A DNA stretch of 64,000 nucleotides from Chiloscyllium plagiosum (lineage: Eukaryota). A program made the position numbers and the translations under genes. The stretch's first letter is position 1; the number at the start of each line of letters is the position of its first letter. This document shows positions 35,300 through 47,269 of this stretch, piece after piece. Where the stretch lies: the NCBI RefSeq assembly GCF_004010195.1, contig NW_025215381.1, positions 20,037 to 84,036 on the forward strand, in the 5' to 3' direction. Below the pieces are notes generated by a model. That model made no database searches, was not told where the DNA came from, and worked only from the letters and a program-made list of their open reading frames with translations.

Positions 35300-37200
35300 A
35301 TGATTATTGTCACATATACCTAGATACAGTGAAAAGGTACTCTACAAAGTGCATTAGGTAATATAACAAAGCAAAGAATACAATGTTACGGCTGCAGAGA
35401 GAAGGTGCACAGAGAGCAAGATCCAAATTAAAATTAAATTCAATGATCCATTCAGCAGTCTAATAATACACCTAATAATCTTCAAATAATTTGAGAGGCA
35501 GAGGGTGGTATTGAGAGGAGTTATAGGAGTAGACCTACCTCAGGTACAAAAAAAAGGCAGGTGGGTTACAGTCAGGGGACAGAAAGGGACAGTGCAGAGA
35601 TCCCCTGTGGTATACTGTTTTGGATATCGTTGGGGGAATGACTTTCCAGGGGTAAGTCATAGGGTATAGGTCTCTGGCACAGAGTCTGTCCCTGTTGCTC
35701 AGAATGGAAGAGGGGAGAGGAGCAGCACATTAGTCATTGGGGACTCCATAGTTAGGGGGATAGATAGGCGGTTCTGTGGGAACGTGAGAGACTCAGTTGG
35801 TGTTGCCTCCCAGCTGCCAAGGTTCGTGATGTCTCGGATCATGTTTTCAGGATCTTTGAGGTAATGAGGAGCAGCCCCAAGTCATGGTCCACATAGGCAC
35901 TAATTTAAGGCAGAAATTCAGGGAACTAGGGTGGAAGTTTTGAGCTGGAACCAATAGAGTTGTTATCTCTGTTTTGTTACCCGCGCCACATATTAGCGCG
36001 GCGAGGAACAGGGAGAGAGAGGAGTTGAACACGTGGCTACAGTGATGGTGCAGGAGGGAGGGTTTCAGATACCTGGATAATTGGGACACATTATCGGGTA
36101 GGTGGGACCTCTACAAACAAGATGGTCTACACCTGAATCAGAGGATTCCCAGAATCCGGGGTAGGGGAGTTGGGATTTGCTAATGCCAAATGATATTTGT
36201 CATTTGTATGAATGACCTAGATGAGAGTGTAGAAGGGTAGATTAGTAAGTTTGCGGATGACACTAAGGTCAGTGAAAGCTGTAGATAGTGCTGAAGGATG
36301 TTGCAAGTTACAGAGGGACATAGATAAGCTGCAGAGCTGGGCTGAGAGGTAGAAAATGGAGTTTAATGAGGAAAAGTATGAGGTGTTCACTCTGGAAGGA
36401 GAAACAGGAGCAACTCTGGTGTGGCTGCACTTGGAATACTGCATATAGTTCTGGTCACCGCATTATAGGAAGGATGTGGAAGCTTTGGAAAGGGTTCACA
36501 GGAGATTTACTAGGATGTTACCTGGCATGGAGTGAAGGTCTTATGAGGAAATGCTGAGGAACTTGAGGCTGTTTCCGTTAGAGGAAGGGTGAGAGAGGAC
36601 TTAATTGTGACATAGAAGATAATCAGAGGGTTAGATAGGGTGGACAGTGAGAGCCTTTTTCCTTGGATGGTGATGGCTAGAATGAGGGGGCATAGCTTTA
36701 AATTGAGAGGTGATAAGTATAGGACATATGTCAGAGGTAGTTTCTCTACTCAGTATTAGGGTCATGGAATGCACTACCAGCAACAGTAGTAGACTCACCA
36801 ACTTTAAGGGCAATTTAAATGGTCATTGGATAAACATATGGAATAGGTAGTCTTCAGATTGGTTCCCCAGGTCGGCACAAAATCAAGGGCCGAAGTGCCC
36901 ATATTGCACTGTAATGTTCTAATAGTGGGAAAGAGGCTGTTCTTGATTCTATACACAAGTGTATACAAAGTTTTATATCTTTTGCCTGATGGAAGAGAGT
37001 ATAACCCAGGCGGGAGAGGCTTTGATTATGTTGGTTGCTTTCCCAAGGCAGCGAGAAGTATAGATGGAGTCAATCATTGGGAAGCTTGTTGGCGTGATGA
37101 ACTGGGCTGTGCTCACGGCACTTTGTCCTTCCTTGCCTTGGGAAGAACATTTGCCAAACCACGCTCTGATGCATCCAGATAGGATGCTTTCTATCTGCAT
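35300..37200 (-). mobile_element. Rex1/Babar-like LINE 3' fragment (35300-35465 and 36918-37200), split by a CR1
   Basis: IESILSGCIRAWFGKCS...IDSIYTSRCLGKATNIIK (ORF 36973-37200); tctaata duplicated at 35459-35465 and 36918-36924. Confidence 0.65.
35466..36917 (+). mobile_element. CR1-clade LINE, ORF1 esterase fused by internal deletion to the RT 3' end
   Basis: VIGDSIVRGIDRRFCG (GDS motif, ~35733) and DGLHLN (~36121), then SKFADDTK and the 3' end. Confidence 0.85.
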
Positions 37201-37224
37201 TTAAAGAATCATCATTTGCCATTT

Positions 37225-37510
37225 CCAGCAGGATGCCACCACACTTCCCTCCCTTGTCTGCATTCTTCAGGGTCCATTCCTGCTGAGAACCCATGATGCA
37301 ATCCTCCTCCACTCCCAACCCACCTCCCATAAAACCTTTCCATGCAATCGCAGATTGCTCATTTTCCTCCTCCCTGTCCAAGGCCCCAGACACCTTCCAG
37401 CTGAAGCAAAGTTTCACTGAATCGAGTTTACTGTATTCACTGCTCACAATTTGCTTTCCTTGACACCAGGGCAACGAGACATGGACCGGGCAATCTGCTT
37501 TATGCAACTC
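37225..37510 (+). mobile_element. Penelope-like element GIY-YIG region, decayed
   Basis: Degenerate PPLSAF / FPCNRR / QGP..TFQLKQSFT / VYCIHCS motifs. Confidence 0.55.
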
Positions 37511-37704
37511 CTACATTACATAGTGTTACGAAGGAGGTTGACACCCTTCTGATAATTACATCAGACACTCAGAGTCCAATTTGTCTCTAAAAGGAATAGT
37601 TAAATGAAATGGAATCTCCAATACTCATTTTATAAGTAACATTTTATTTATCTAACTTCAACAAAGAACAAAATTAACAAATTTACTAACTATTCTCTAA
37701 TTAG

Positions 37705-38010
37705 TCATAGATTTACCGCATGGAAACACTCCTTTCAGTCCAACTCGTTCATGCTGACCAGATAGACTAAAATTAATCTAGTCCCATTAGTCAGTGTTTG
37801 GCCCATATCCCTCTAAACACTTCCTATTCATTTACCCATCTAAATGCCTTTTAACTGTTGTAATTGTGTCAGCCTTCCTCGGGCAGATCATTCCATATGT
37901 GCACCACCTTTTGCATTAAAAAATTGCCTCTTTGGTCCCCTTCAATACCCTATCTACTTGCGACTCCACTTTCGAGGAACTATAAACCTGGACTCCAATG
38001 TCTTTATTAA
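37705..38010 (-). mobile_element. CR1-clade LINE 3' end fragment
   Basis: aatctagtcccattagtcagtgtttggcccatatccctctaaac, similar to 19450 and 31270. Confidence 0.75.
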
Positions 38011-38149
38011 ACAACATGTCTCATAACCTGACTATTAAATAATGCACCGCCACCTATTCTCCCTGCAGTCAGCCCTGCCCAGCTCAAGGCCACACTCTCG
38101 AAAACCTGCAAAGGACTTCTGCTGTTCTTCATCCTGACACAATATCCAC

Positions 38150-38560
38150 ACACTCTCACAGCTACCTGGGCTACTTTCCGCACCTCCGCCCTTGAATCCC
38201 AATCCTCCAAATGCAACAAGAACAGAAACCTTCCACCCCACTAATTTCCGGATATAGCGCATTATCCTCTGCCATTTATGCCACCTACAATCAGACCCCA
38301 ACATCAGAGATATATTTCCCTCCCCACCCCTATCTGCATTCTGTGGAGACTGTTCCCTCCATGACTCCCTCATTAGGAGCACACCCCCCACCAACAAACC
38401 TTGTGCTTCCCTTGCCAATTGTAAAACGTGTGCCCAAATGTCCACCCTCACCTCTGTCCAAGGCCGCAAAGGATCTTTTCACATCTGGCAGAGATTTTCC
38501 TGCACATCTAAACACCTCATCTACTGTGCCAGTTGTTCTTGATAAGGTCTCCTCTACATG
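38150..38560 (+). mobile_element. Penelope-like element linker and GIY-YIG N-part, decayed
   Basis: TFHPTN..RIIL.H..HLQSDPNIRDIFPSPPLSAF..SLHDSL..CKTCAQ..VQGRKGSFHIWQRFSCTSKHLIYC..C..GLLY. Confidence 0.75.
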
Positions 38561-38568
38561 TTTTAGAA

Positions 38569-38790
38569 ATTAGATTACTTTCAGTGTGGAAACAGGCCCT
38601 TCGTCCCAAAAAGTCCACACTGACCCTCTGAAGAACAACTCACCCAGACCCATTCCCCTACATTCATCCCTTCACCTAACACTACAGGCAATTTAGCATG
38701 AGCTGAAAATGTGTTGCTGGAAAAGCGCAGCAGGTCAGGCAGCATCCAAGAAACAGGAGAATCGATGTTTCGGGCATAAGCCAATTGTTG
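38569..38790 (-). mobile_element. HE1 SINE 3' fragment with an inserted truncated PLE terminus (38700-38782)
   Basis: The SINE motif ggcaatttagcat|gccaatt is interrupted by gagctgaaaatgtgttgctggaaaagcgcagcaggtcaggcagcatcc...tttcgggcataagcc. Confidence 0.7.
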
Positions 38791-38870
38791 CAATGTTGTT
38801 CCATGCCATGAGACAAACATCAGCTTGGTTTATTAAAGTCTACAGCTGATTCATACTCTTGTAGCAAAGT

Positions 38871-39172
38871 GGGCGGCACGGTGACACAGTGGTTAGCACT
38901 GCTGCCTCACAGCGCCAGAGACCCGGGTTCAATTCCCGCCTCAGGCGACTCTCTGTGTGGAGTTTGCACATTCTCCCCGTGTCTGTGTGGGTTTCCTCCG
39001 GGTGCTCCGGTTTCCTCCCACAGTCTAAAAATGTGCAGGTTAGGTGAATTGGCCATGCTAAATTGCCTGTAGTGTTAGATGAAGGAGTAAATGTAGGGGA
39101 ATGGGTCTGGGTTCGGCAGGTCGGTGTGGACTTGTTGGACCGAAGGGCCTGTTTCCACACACTGTAAGTAAT
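38871..39172 (+). mobile_element. young HE1-type V-SINE
   Basis: Intact A and B boxes (ggttcaattccc); TSD caaagtg at 38865-38871 and 39173-39179. Confidence 0.93.
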
Positions 39173-39549
39173 CAAAGTGTTGCTGATGGACAATGAATCA
39201 ACTGGTGACCCTGATATAGTATCTAACTCACCAAGCCCCTCAATACTGAACATCAGGTCAACTGGAGGTCACAGCAGTAGGACAGACTCACTCCATGTGG
39301 CCAATGCTCTTGATCCCAATTGGAGCCTTGGACCAGCACAACAACATCAACTGGGGTACAGTCACCCCAAACCAACTTGTCTTTCATCAATGAAAAATCC
39401 TGTTTTAACACCCAATCTCCATCATTCTGAGCCCTGTGGAGCAGGTACAATAACAAAGATTTCACAAAGTTGATGGAGTACACCATGGCCTCACAGTGAA
39501 TCGATCTAAAAATATATATATATCCAGGGGATTCATCTACAAAATGTCA

Positions 39550-39779
39550 TGATTTGGAGATGCCGGTGTTGGACTGGGGTGTACAAAGTTAAAAATCACA
39601 CAACACCAGGTTATAGTCCAACAGGTTTAATTGGAAGCACACCAGCTTTCGGAGCGACGCTCCTTCATCTGATGAAGGACAATTACCTGATGAAGGAGCG
39701 TCTCTCCGAAAGCTAGTGTGCTTCCAATTAAAACCTGTTGGACTATAACCTGGTGTTGTGTGATTTTTAACTTTGTACA
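39550..39779. mobile_element. Penelope-derived palindromic mini-element
   Basis: About 90-bp near-perfect inverted arms at 39580-39669 and 39689-39779; flanking duplication tacaaaatgtca (39538-39549 and 39776-39787); same family as 43357-44809. Confidence 0.88.
39684..39718 (+). ncRNA. minimal type I hammerhead ribozyme motif (PLE-type)
   Basis: TAC-CTGATGA-a-GGAG-cgtct-CTCC-GAAAG-CTA-GTG: intact core, 4-bp stem II, palindromic AGCT helix III, CUA triplet. Confidence 0.7.
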
Positions 39780-40581
39780 AAATGTCAGGTCAACTAAATA
39801 ACAACAATAATAATCTAAACTAATTATCCAAATTGATAGCCAAAAACTAAATAACAATCCTAAATGAAGGCACGTGGGAGCACCTTCACACAAACCATTA
39901 TCGTTTGGGGAACGTCAAAGGGTATCTGCAACAAAGAAAAAGGTGGGAAACATCCTGTTGGACAAAGTTGTTGATCCTCTGTGTGAGAGGCGCTACCACA
40001 ACATTCCAGATCTCAGTGTTTGTCCTATTAAACCCTGCACCAAAGCACCGTGTATCCTTTTACAAATGGCACAGCTCACTCGTCTTTTTGACAATCAAAT
40101 AATTCAACAATGCCCATCATAATTGGAGCCCTGTGCTCAACTCCCCTCCCAGTCATCTGCCCTCACAATTATCATGCCCCCACACAAGACTGATGTTTTA
40201 AAAAACACACAGGATAGTCAAAGCCATCCATGCTGACCCTCACTTATCACTCCATAATGACCTGCTTAACCACCTGTTACATCTGGGGTCCCATTGGGGC
40301 AAGCTGCCTGAGCAATGCCCACCAACACAATCTCTTCACATCAAGGAATGGGAAACACAAGGTATCACTGAGAGGTGGGTTGTTACAAATTCCATCTAAC
40401 CAATAGCAGGCTTTGAAGTACCAGAGAGACAGAACACTTTCTAGACCAGCCAGGGCTGGTGCTCAGCCAAACCCCATCAATGTGGCCTATGGGCAAACCC
40501 ATTCTGCACAGTTTAGAGATACACACAATACTGCACATTACTGAGGAACCTCATAATTGGCAAAATGTTAACTTTAAACTT

Positions 40582-40896
40582 GGGGGTGGCACGGTGGCTC
40601 AGTGGTTAGCACTGCTGCCTCACAGCACCAGGGTCCCAGATTTGATTCCAGCCTCGGATGACTACCTGTGTGGAGTTTGCACATTTTCCTCATGTCTGTG
40701 TGGGTTTCCTCTGGGTGCTCCGGTTTCCTCCCACAGTCCAAAGATGTGTAGTTCAGGTGAATTGGCCATGTTAAATTGCTTGTAGTATTTGGTGCATTAG
40801 TCAGAGCGAAATGGGTCTGGGTGGTTTACTCTTCAGAGGGCCGGTGTGGAATTGTTGGGCTGAAGGGCCTGTTTACACACTGTAGGGAATCTAATC
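40582..40896 (+). mobile_element. HE1-type V-SINE
   Basis: Head ggtggcacggtggctcagtggttagc, V-domain and tail. Confidence 0.9.
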
Positions 40897-41028
40897 AAAG
40901 TGAGGACACTGTAATCTGGCATCAGCCTTTCCCTTGCGAAAAGGAAATAAAACACATATTAGTGGTCAAACGGAAAAAGTATAAATCAATGTAGAGATTT
41001 ATACACATTAATTTGTTACAATACTTAC

Positions 41029-41095
41029 CAGGAATGCCAACAACAGCAAGGATGGTGTAGTATACCTTAGCGACCATTTGCCTTGGAAGATACAT
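41029..41095 (-). CDS. first coding exon of a GPR139/GPR142-like class A GPCR (partial; exon 2 not found)
   Basis: caaaATG then MYLPRQMVAKVYYTILAVVGIP + G|gtaagt (phase-1 donor at 41028). Matches the recalled YY.IIA.IG.P exon-1 end of shark GPR139-like genes. Confidence 0.72.
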
Positions 41096-41197
41096 TTTGT
41101 TGTTTGTGAAACAACCTCTCCGTTTCTGTTGCTGGCAATCTGTCAGAATTGGAGAATTCTCTCGAAGTTGGAGCTGATAAAGCTCCAGAAACTTTAG

Positions 41198-41203
41198 TTT
41201 ATA
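41198..41203 (-). promoter_or_regulatory. TATA box candidate for the GPCR exon
   Basis: TATAAA on the minus strand, about 103 nt upstream of the ATG, in unique AT-rich sequence. Confidence 0.5.
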
Positions 41204-41709
41204 TTGTGTGATATCTCCACTCGGAAACTATGATTACATCTTCATTTTTTCCTATCATTTTCAATAAACAGATTACGACAACCGGTTTATATTAATAATA
41301 TGATATCATTGAGATCTAAGTCCATAATTGAATACTCTGAAGACCGTATTAATCTGATACTTTTAGGTGTCCAATGTAACTTGCAATTTGTCTTCAAGCA
41401 ATAAGGTTTACATTATTTCATGCACTATTCATCCTATCAACATCTAAATATCTTTTGACATTCTTTTCAAAGCTATTCAGTTATTCAATAGCTCATGTTG
41501 TCGAGCTCCCCGAGAGCTGTTCCACTGCACACTGTTATACCACTGCTTTTCTTGTTAACTCGGTCTTTGAACTTATTTGGGAAATTTTTTCTATGAACGA
41601 GCAATCTATTACAAAACCTGAAGCTGTCACTGAACATGACAACAGTTGCTACTTACACTTCTCAAAGCAGAAACTAATTCAGAATCTTAACTTCAGAATT
41701 CTAGAATGA

Positions 41710-43290
41710 TAGAATCATATGGAACACAAGAGGCCCTTCAGCCCATTGTGTTTGTCCAGCCAAAATCTACCTCAGTCCCACTCCCCAGCACTTGGCTCAC
41801 AGCCTTCAATGTTATGAGATTTCAAGTGCTCATCCAAGCACTTTTCTGAGATTTGTCATCTCAATTGCAGACCCCAACCATCCTCTAGGTGGGAAGATTT
41901 TTCCTCATATCCCCTCTAAAGCTTTTCAGCTTCAAATTATACCACCTTGTTATTGGCTCTTCAACGGAGGGGAACAATTGCTTTCTCTTCACCCTGTCCA
42001 TGCCCCTCAAAGTCTAACATAAACCAATCTCTTCGCTAAAGAAAGCAGTCCGAGCTTATCCAGTCTCCCTCTTCACAGCTAAATTGCTTCAGCCTCAGCA
42101 ACATCCTGGTGAATCTCCTTTACACTCCCTCCAGTGTGATCACATCCTCCCAATGGTGCAGTGACTGGAACTGCACACATTACTCCAACTGTGACTGAAC
42201 CAAAGTCCTGTATAGCTCCAACATGACCACCCTGCTCTCACAATCTATACCACAATCTATACCACAAGCCTTCTTAACTACCCTATTCATCTCACCTTCA
42301 GGGCTCTGTTAACAAGCTCCTCAAGATCTTCCTGTTCCTCTGAGATTCTTAGCGTCCTACCATTCATTGAGTGCTTGCTTGTCTTGTGACTTCTGCCAAA
42401 GCTCATCACTTCACACTTATCAGGGTTACATTTCAACCACCGCTGATCTGCCCATCTGATCAATCTGGCTATACCCATCCCTTACCTGAGACTCTTTTCT
42501 GTCCTGATCACTGTGCCAATATTTGTGTCATCCGCAAACTTACCTATCATCCCCAAGTGACCGGCCTCAGTGTCCCCCAGCAGGCATACACACACACCTT
42601 ATACACACATGCACACACAGCGATGCACATGTACACAGACACATTCACACACCGAGACACACATACACACACACATACACATTCACATATATACACAGAC
42701 ACATACACACGCACACACACACACACCAATATCATTTATGAATATCACAAGAAAGGATCTGGCACTGATACCTGTAGTCCAGCACTGGACACCAACTACA
42801 CAAACAGCATTCTCCCAACATATCCTGTCTCCTTTGACTGGGCCAATATTGGAGCCAACTTACCAATTAATGCTAGATGCCATATGTTTTTACCTTCATT
42901 ATCAATCTCCCATCTGGGGCCTTGTCAAAGCCTTCACTGAAATCCACATAAATGACTTCAATTGCCCTACCCTCATCAGTAGGCCTGGTCATCTCCACGA
43001 AAAACTCCACCAGATTTGTTACGCATGACCACCCTCTGAGAAGGCCACACTGACTAGCCCTATGCTTTTCCAGTGGATCTTAATTCTTTCCTTCAGAAAT
43101 TTCTCCAATACATTCACTAACACTGATGGGGTACTCACCTGTCTGTTACTTCTTGAAAAGTGGAAACACACCAGCCATCCTCCCGTCCTCTGGCATCTCC
43201 TCTGTGGCCATTTGGTTCAGATCACTATAATTGCCTCCTTCATCTCCTTAATTACAACTCCTTTGGTCCTGAAAATTTGTCCGCTTTTAA
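41710..43290 (-). mobile_element. decayed CR1-clade LINE RT to 3' end
   Basis: RWADQRWLKCNPDKCEVMSFGRS (ORF 42287-42478), FADDT, DFS..DK motifs. Confidence 0.8.
42585..42726. repeat. imperfect (CA)n microsatellite
   Basis: cacacacatacac repeats. Confidence 0.9.
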
Positions 43291-43356
43291 GCTCACCAAA
43301 CCTACAATACCTGCTCATATCATATACAAATCTGCTCAAGAAAGACTGAAAGCAAG

Positions 43357-44809
43357 GATTAAAAATCACACAACACCAGCTTATAGTCCAACAGGTTTAA
43401 TTGGAAGCACACTAGCTTTTGGAGCGACGCTCCTTGTGGTTGTGGAGTACATGACATGAGACACAGAATTTATAGCAAAAGTTTACAGAGTGTTGTAACT
43501 GAAATGTTACATTGAAAAATAACTTAATTGTTTGTGAAGTCTCTCATCTGTTAGAATGACCATGTTAGTTTCACTCCTTTCATATGGAAATCGCAAAACT
43601 TTTTGAAATAAAGTTATATTCTCAAGTGAATTGGTGTCAGCTCAGACAATGTATTGGGTATTAACACCTTGGTGTGCTGCTGTCTGTGCCATAATGCTTA
43701 GACTGATTCTAATCTAAAGAAATGAATTAACAGTAACTGACAAGTTTTTGAGCAAAGTACAAAGTTACTTTGAAAGTACAAATTCACCCCACAAACTTAT
43801 ATGTGTGTGTGTGTGTGCATGCGCATATGTGTGGGTGTGGGTGGCATTGGGGAGGGTGGGGTTGTGAGTGTCTGTGAGAGAGAGTGTATGCGTGTGTCAG
43901 TGTAAAGGGGTCGAAGTCTGTGAGGGGGTGTATGTATGATTGTGTGTGTCTGTAGGAGTGTGTGGATGTGGGGGTGTGTGTGCGTGCATGCGTAGAAGTG
44001 TCTGTGTGTGTGTATAGTGCAATGGGGGTCACCTGTAATGTGACATGAACCCAAAGTCCCGGTTGAGGCCATCCCTATGGGTACCAAACTTAGCTATCAG
44101 CCTCTGCTCGGCCACCTTTTGCTGCTGCCTGTCCTGAAGTCCGCCTTGGAGGATGGTCATCCGAAGGTCCAAGGTCGAATGTTCTGGACCACTGAAGTGT
44201 TCTCCAACTGGGAGGGAATGCTCCTGTCTGTTGATTGTTGTGCGGTGCCCTTTCATCCGTTGCCATAGACTCTGCTCAGTTTCCCCAATGTACCATGCCT
44301 CAGCGTATGAGATAGACAACTTTGGCAGAGTGGCATGAGTACCTGCCACGGACATGGTGGAAGGTGTCCCCACGTTTAATAGTCGTATCCATGTCCACAC
44401 TTGGACACGTCTTGCAGCATCGACCATGACAGAGTTGTATGGCGTTGTCCTGAAAGCCGGGTAGTTTGCTATAAACAATGACCTGTTTGAGGTTAAGTGG
44501 ATGTTTAAAGGCAAGTAGTGGAGGTGTGGGGATGGTCTTGGTGAGGTGCTCATCCTCATTGATAATGTGTTGCAGGCTGCAAAGAACATGGTGTAGCTTT
44601 TCGGCTTCTGGGAAGTACTGGATAATAGAGGGCACCCTGTCGATTGTAGCATGTGTCTGTCTCCTCACAAGGCCATTGTGGTTCCTTACTGTGGCACGTC
44701 GGCAGTGCTCCAAAAGCTGTACTTGCAATTAAACCTGTTGGACTGTAACCTGGTGTTGTGTGATTTCTAACTTTGTACACCCCAGTCCAACATCAGCATC
44801 TCGAAATCA
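43357..44809 (-). mobile_element. 5'-truncated Penelope-like element with GIY-YIG endonuclease remnant and an inverted terminal piece (44700-44809)
   Basis: CHGRCCKTC...YSCHSAKVVYLI / WYIGETEQSLWQRMKGH...GEHF...AEQRLIAKFGTHRDGLN (44029-44700, frameshifted). TSD tgaaagcaag at 43347-43356 and 44810-44819. Confidence 0.9.
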
Positions 44810-45004
44810 TGAAAGCAAGACTGTTTTATTTTTGCATTTTCTATTCCCAATGCTGTTCCCATTCTTCCTGAGCCTGGAAAAAAATGTGTTCCCTGAACCA
44901 TGGCTTTAGAATTCCCATTTTACAGTTCACCACATTCCATGTTGTTTCAGATTGAGACTGAACAAAACAAGAGGAAGAATGTCCGAGACATTTTACACAA
45001 ACAC

Positions 45005-46530
45005 ACACACATAGACCATTACAACACAGTACAGGTCATTCAGCCCTCAATGTTCAACGCCCTGTGGAACCAATCTGAAGCCCATCTATCCTACACTATT
45101 CTATTATCACCCATATGTTTATCCAATGACCATTTAAATGCTCTTAAAATTGGTGGATCCACCAATACTACAGGTAGTGCGTTCCATGCCCCTACTATTC
45201 TCTGAGTAAAGAAACTACCTCTGACATCTATGCTATATCTATCACCCCTCAATTTAAAGCTATGTCTCCTTGTGTAAGCCATCACCATCTCAAGGAAGAA
45301 AGCGCACATTTCCATCCTGTCTAACCTTCTGATTATCTTATACATCTCAATTAAGACTCTTCTCAATCTTCTTCTCTCCAACAAAAACAGCCTCAAGTCC
45401 CTCAGCCTTTCCTCTTGAGACCTTCCATCCATATCAGGCAACATCTCAGTAAATATCCTCTGAACTCTTTCCAAGGCTTCCACATCCTTCCTATAATGCA
45501 GTGATACTCAATACACAATACTCCAAGTGCGGCCGCACCAGAATTTGTTTTACAGCTGCAACATGACCTCATGGCTCCAAAACTCAATCCCTCTACCAAT
45601 AAAAGCTAACACACCATATGCCTTCTTAACAACTCTATCAACCTGGGTGGCAACTTTCAGGGATCTATATACATGGACACCAAGATCTCTCTGCTCATCG
45701 ACATGACCAAGAATCTTATTATTAGCCAAGGACTCTTTCTTTCTGTTACTCCTTCCAAAGTGGATCACCTCACACTGTTCTGCATTAACCTCCACTTGCC
45801 ACCTCTCAGCCCAGCTCTGCAGTTTATTTATGTCCATCAGTAACCTGCAACATCCTTCAGCACTATCCACAACACCTGCAACTTTACTAACCCATCCTTC
45901 TACGCCCTCATCTAGGTCATTTATAAAAATGGCCTCAAAACAGATCCTTGTAATAAACCATTAGTAACTGAACTTCAGAATATACGTTTCCCATCAAACA
46001 CCACCCTCTGTCTTCTTTCAGCTAGCCAATTTCTGATCCAAATTGCCAAATCATCCTCAAGCCCATGCCTCGCCTATAATCAGGAGCTTTATCAAAGGCT
46101 TTACTGAAATTCATATATACAACATCAACTGCTTTACCCTCATTCACCTATTTGGTCACCTTCTCAAAGTACTTTGAGGCACGACCTCCCCTTCACAAAA
46201 CCGTCGTGACTATTCCTAATCAACTTATTACTCTCTAGATGATTATAAATTCTACCTCTTAAAACATTTTCCAACAATTTGCCCACAACTGAAATAAGGC
46301 TCATAGGTCTATAATTACCAAGGTAGTTGCTACTGCCCTTCTTGAACAAGGGGGCAACATTTGTTATATTTCAGTCTTCTGGCACTATTCCTGTAGACAA
46401 TAACTACATAAAGATCAAAGCCAAAGGCTCTGCAATCTCCTCCCTCATTTCACAGAGAATCCTTGGATAAATCCCATCTGGCCATGGGGTCTTATCTGTT
46501 TGCACACTTTGCATAATGTGCACTTTGCAC
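45005..46530 (-). mobile_element. CR1/HER1-like LINE RT to 3' end, decayed
   Basis: ORFs 45091-45483, 45550-45870 and 46164-46349 (GNYRPMSLISVVGKLLE). Confidence 0.9.
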
Positions 46531-46552
46531 CTCCCCCTTGCACCAAACCCGT

Positions 46553-46880
46553 CTAGATTAGATTAGATTAGATTAGATTACTTTATAGTGTGGAAACAGG
46601 CCCTTCGGCCCAACAAGTCCACACCAACCCGCCGAAGCGCAACCCACCCACACCCCCACATCCACCCCCTACCTAACACTAGGGGCAATTTAACATGGCC
46701 AATTCACCTGACCTGCACATCTTTGGACTGTGGGAGGAAACCGGAGCACCCGGAGGAAACCCACGCAGACACGGGGAGAACGTGCAAACTCCACACAGTC
46801 AGTCGCCTGAGGCGGGAATTGAACCCGGGTCTCTGGCGCTGCGAGGCAGCAGTGCTAACCACTGTGCCACCATGCCGCCC
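46553..46880 (-). mobile_element. young HE1-type V-SINE
   Basis: CpG-rich intact head, (tagat)n tail; gtctaga repeated at 46551-46557 and 46885-46891. Confidence 0.93.
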
Positions 46881-47269
46881 ACTAGTCTAGAATGTAAATT
46901 AAAAGAATGTAAGTTATTCTTCTGCCTTTTTACTTAATACTTTGCATCGCATGGGAAAACAATTCACTCTGCTCATTCATCGTTCCTTCAAATTTCCCAC
47001 CGAACAATTACGTGAACCCATCTCGATAAGATGCAAACTACACAGTCTGGCAATTGTTCACAGTTAATTCACATTAATGCCATTGACAGCCCCCACTTAG
47101 TCAGTCTACATTTCCATTTTCTACAGAACAATAGAGACAAATTAATATTAAATGATAAATAACAACATTTATTGGGTAAGTGGAATAGAAATATCAAGAT
47201 GTACTCTGAATCAGCCAGGAACCCAAACACTGAATCAGTTCCTCTAAAACACTTCAGAAGTTTATTGTG

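Noticed and set aside
38871..38945. tRNA-like A/B boxes
   Set aside because: These are SINE heads continuing into the V-domain and LINE-like tail, not tRNA genes.
39880..40130. Possible Gypsy gag-like trace on the minus strand
   Set aside because: Only a few residues resemble it and the frame breaks at once; not supportable.
42371..43028. His/Thr-rich ORFs
   Set aside because: Translation of a (CA)n microsatellite inside an antisense CR1.
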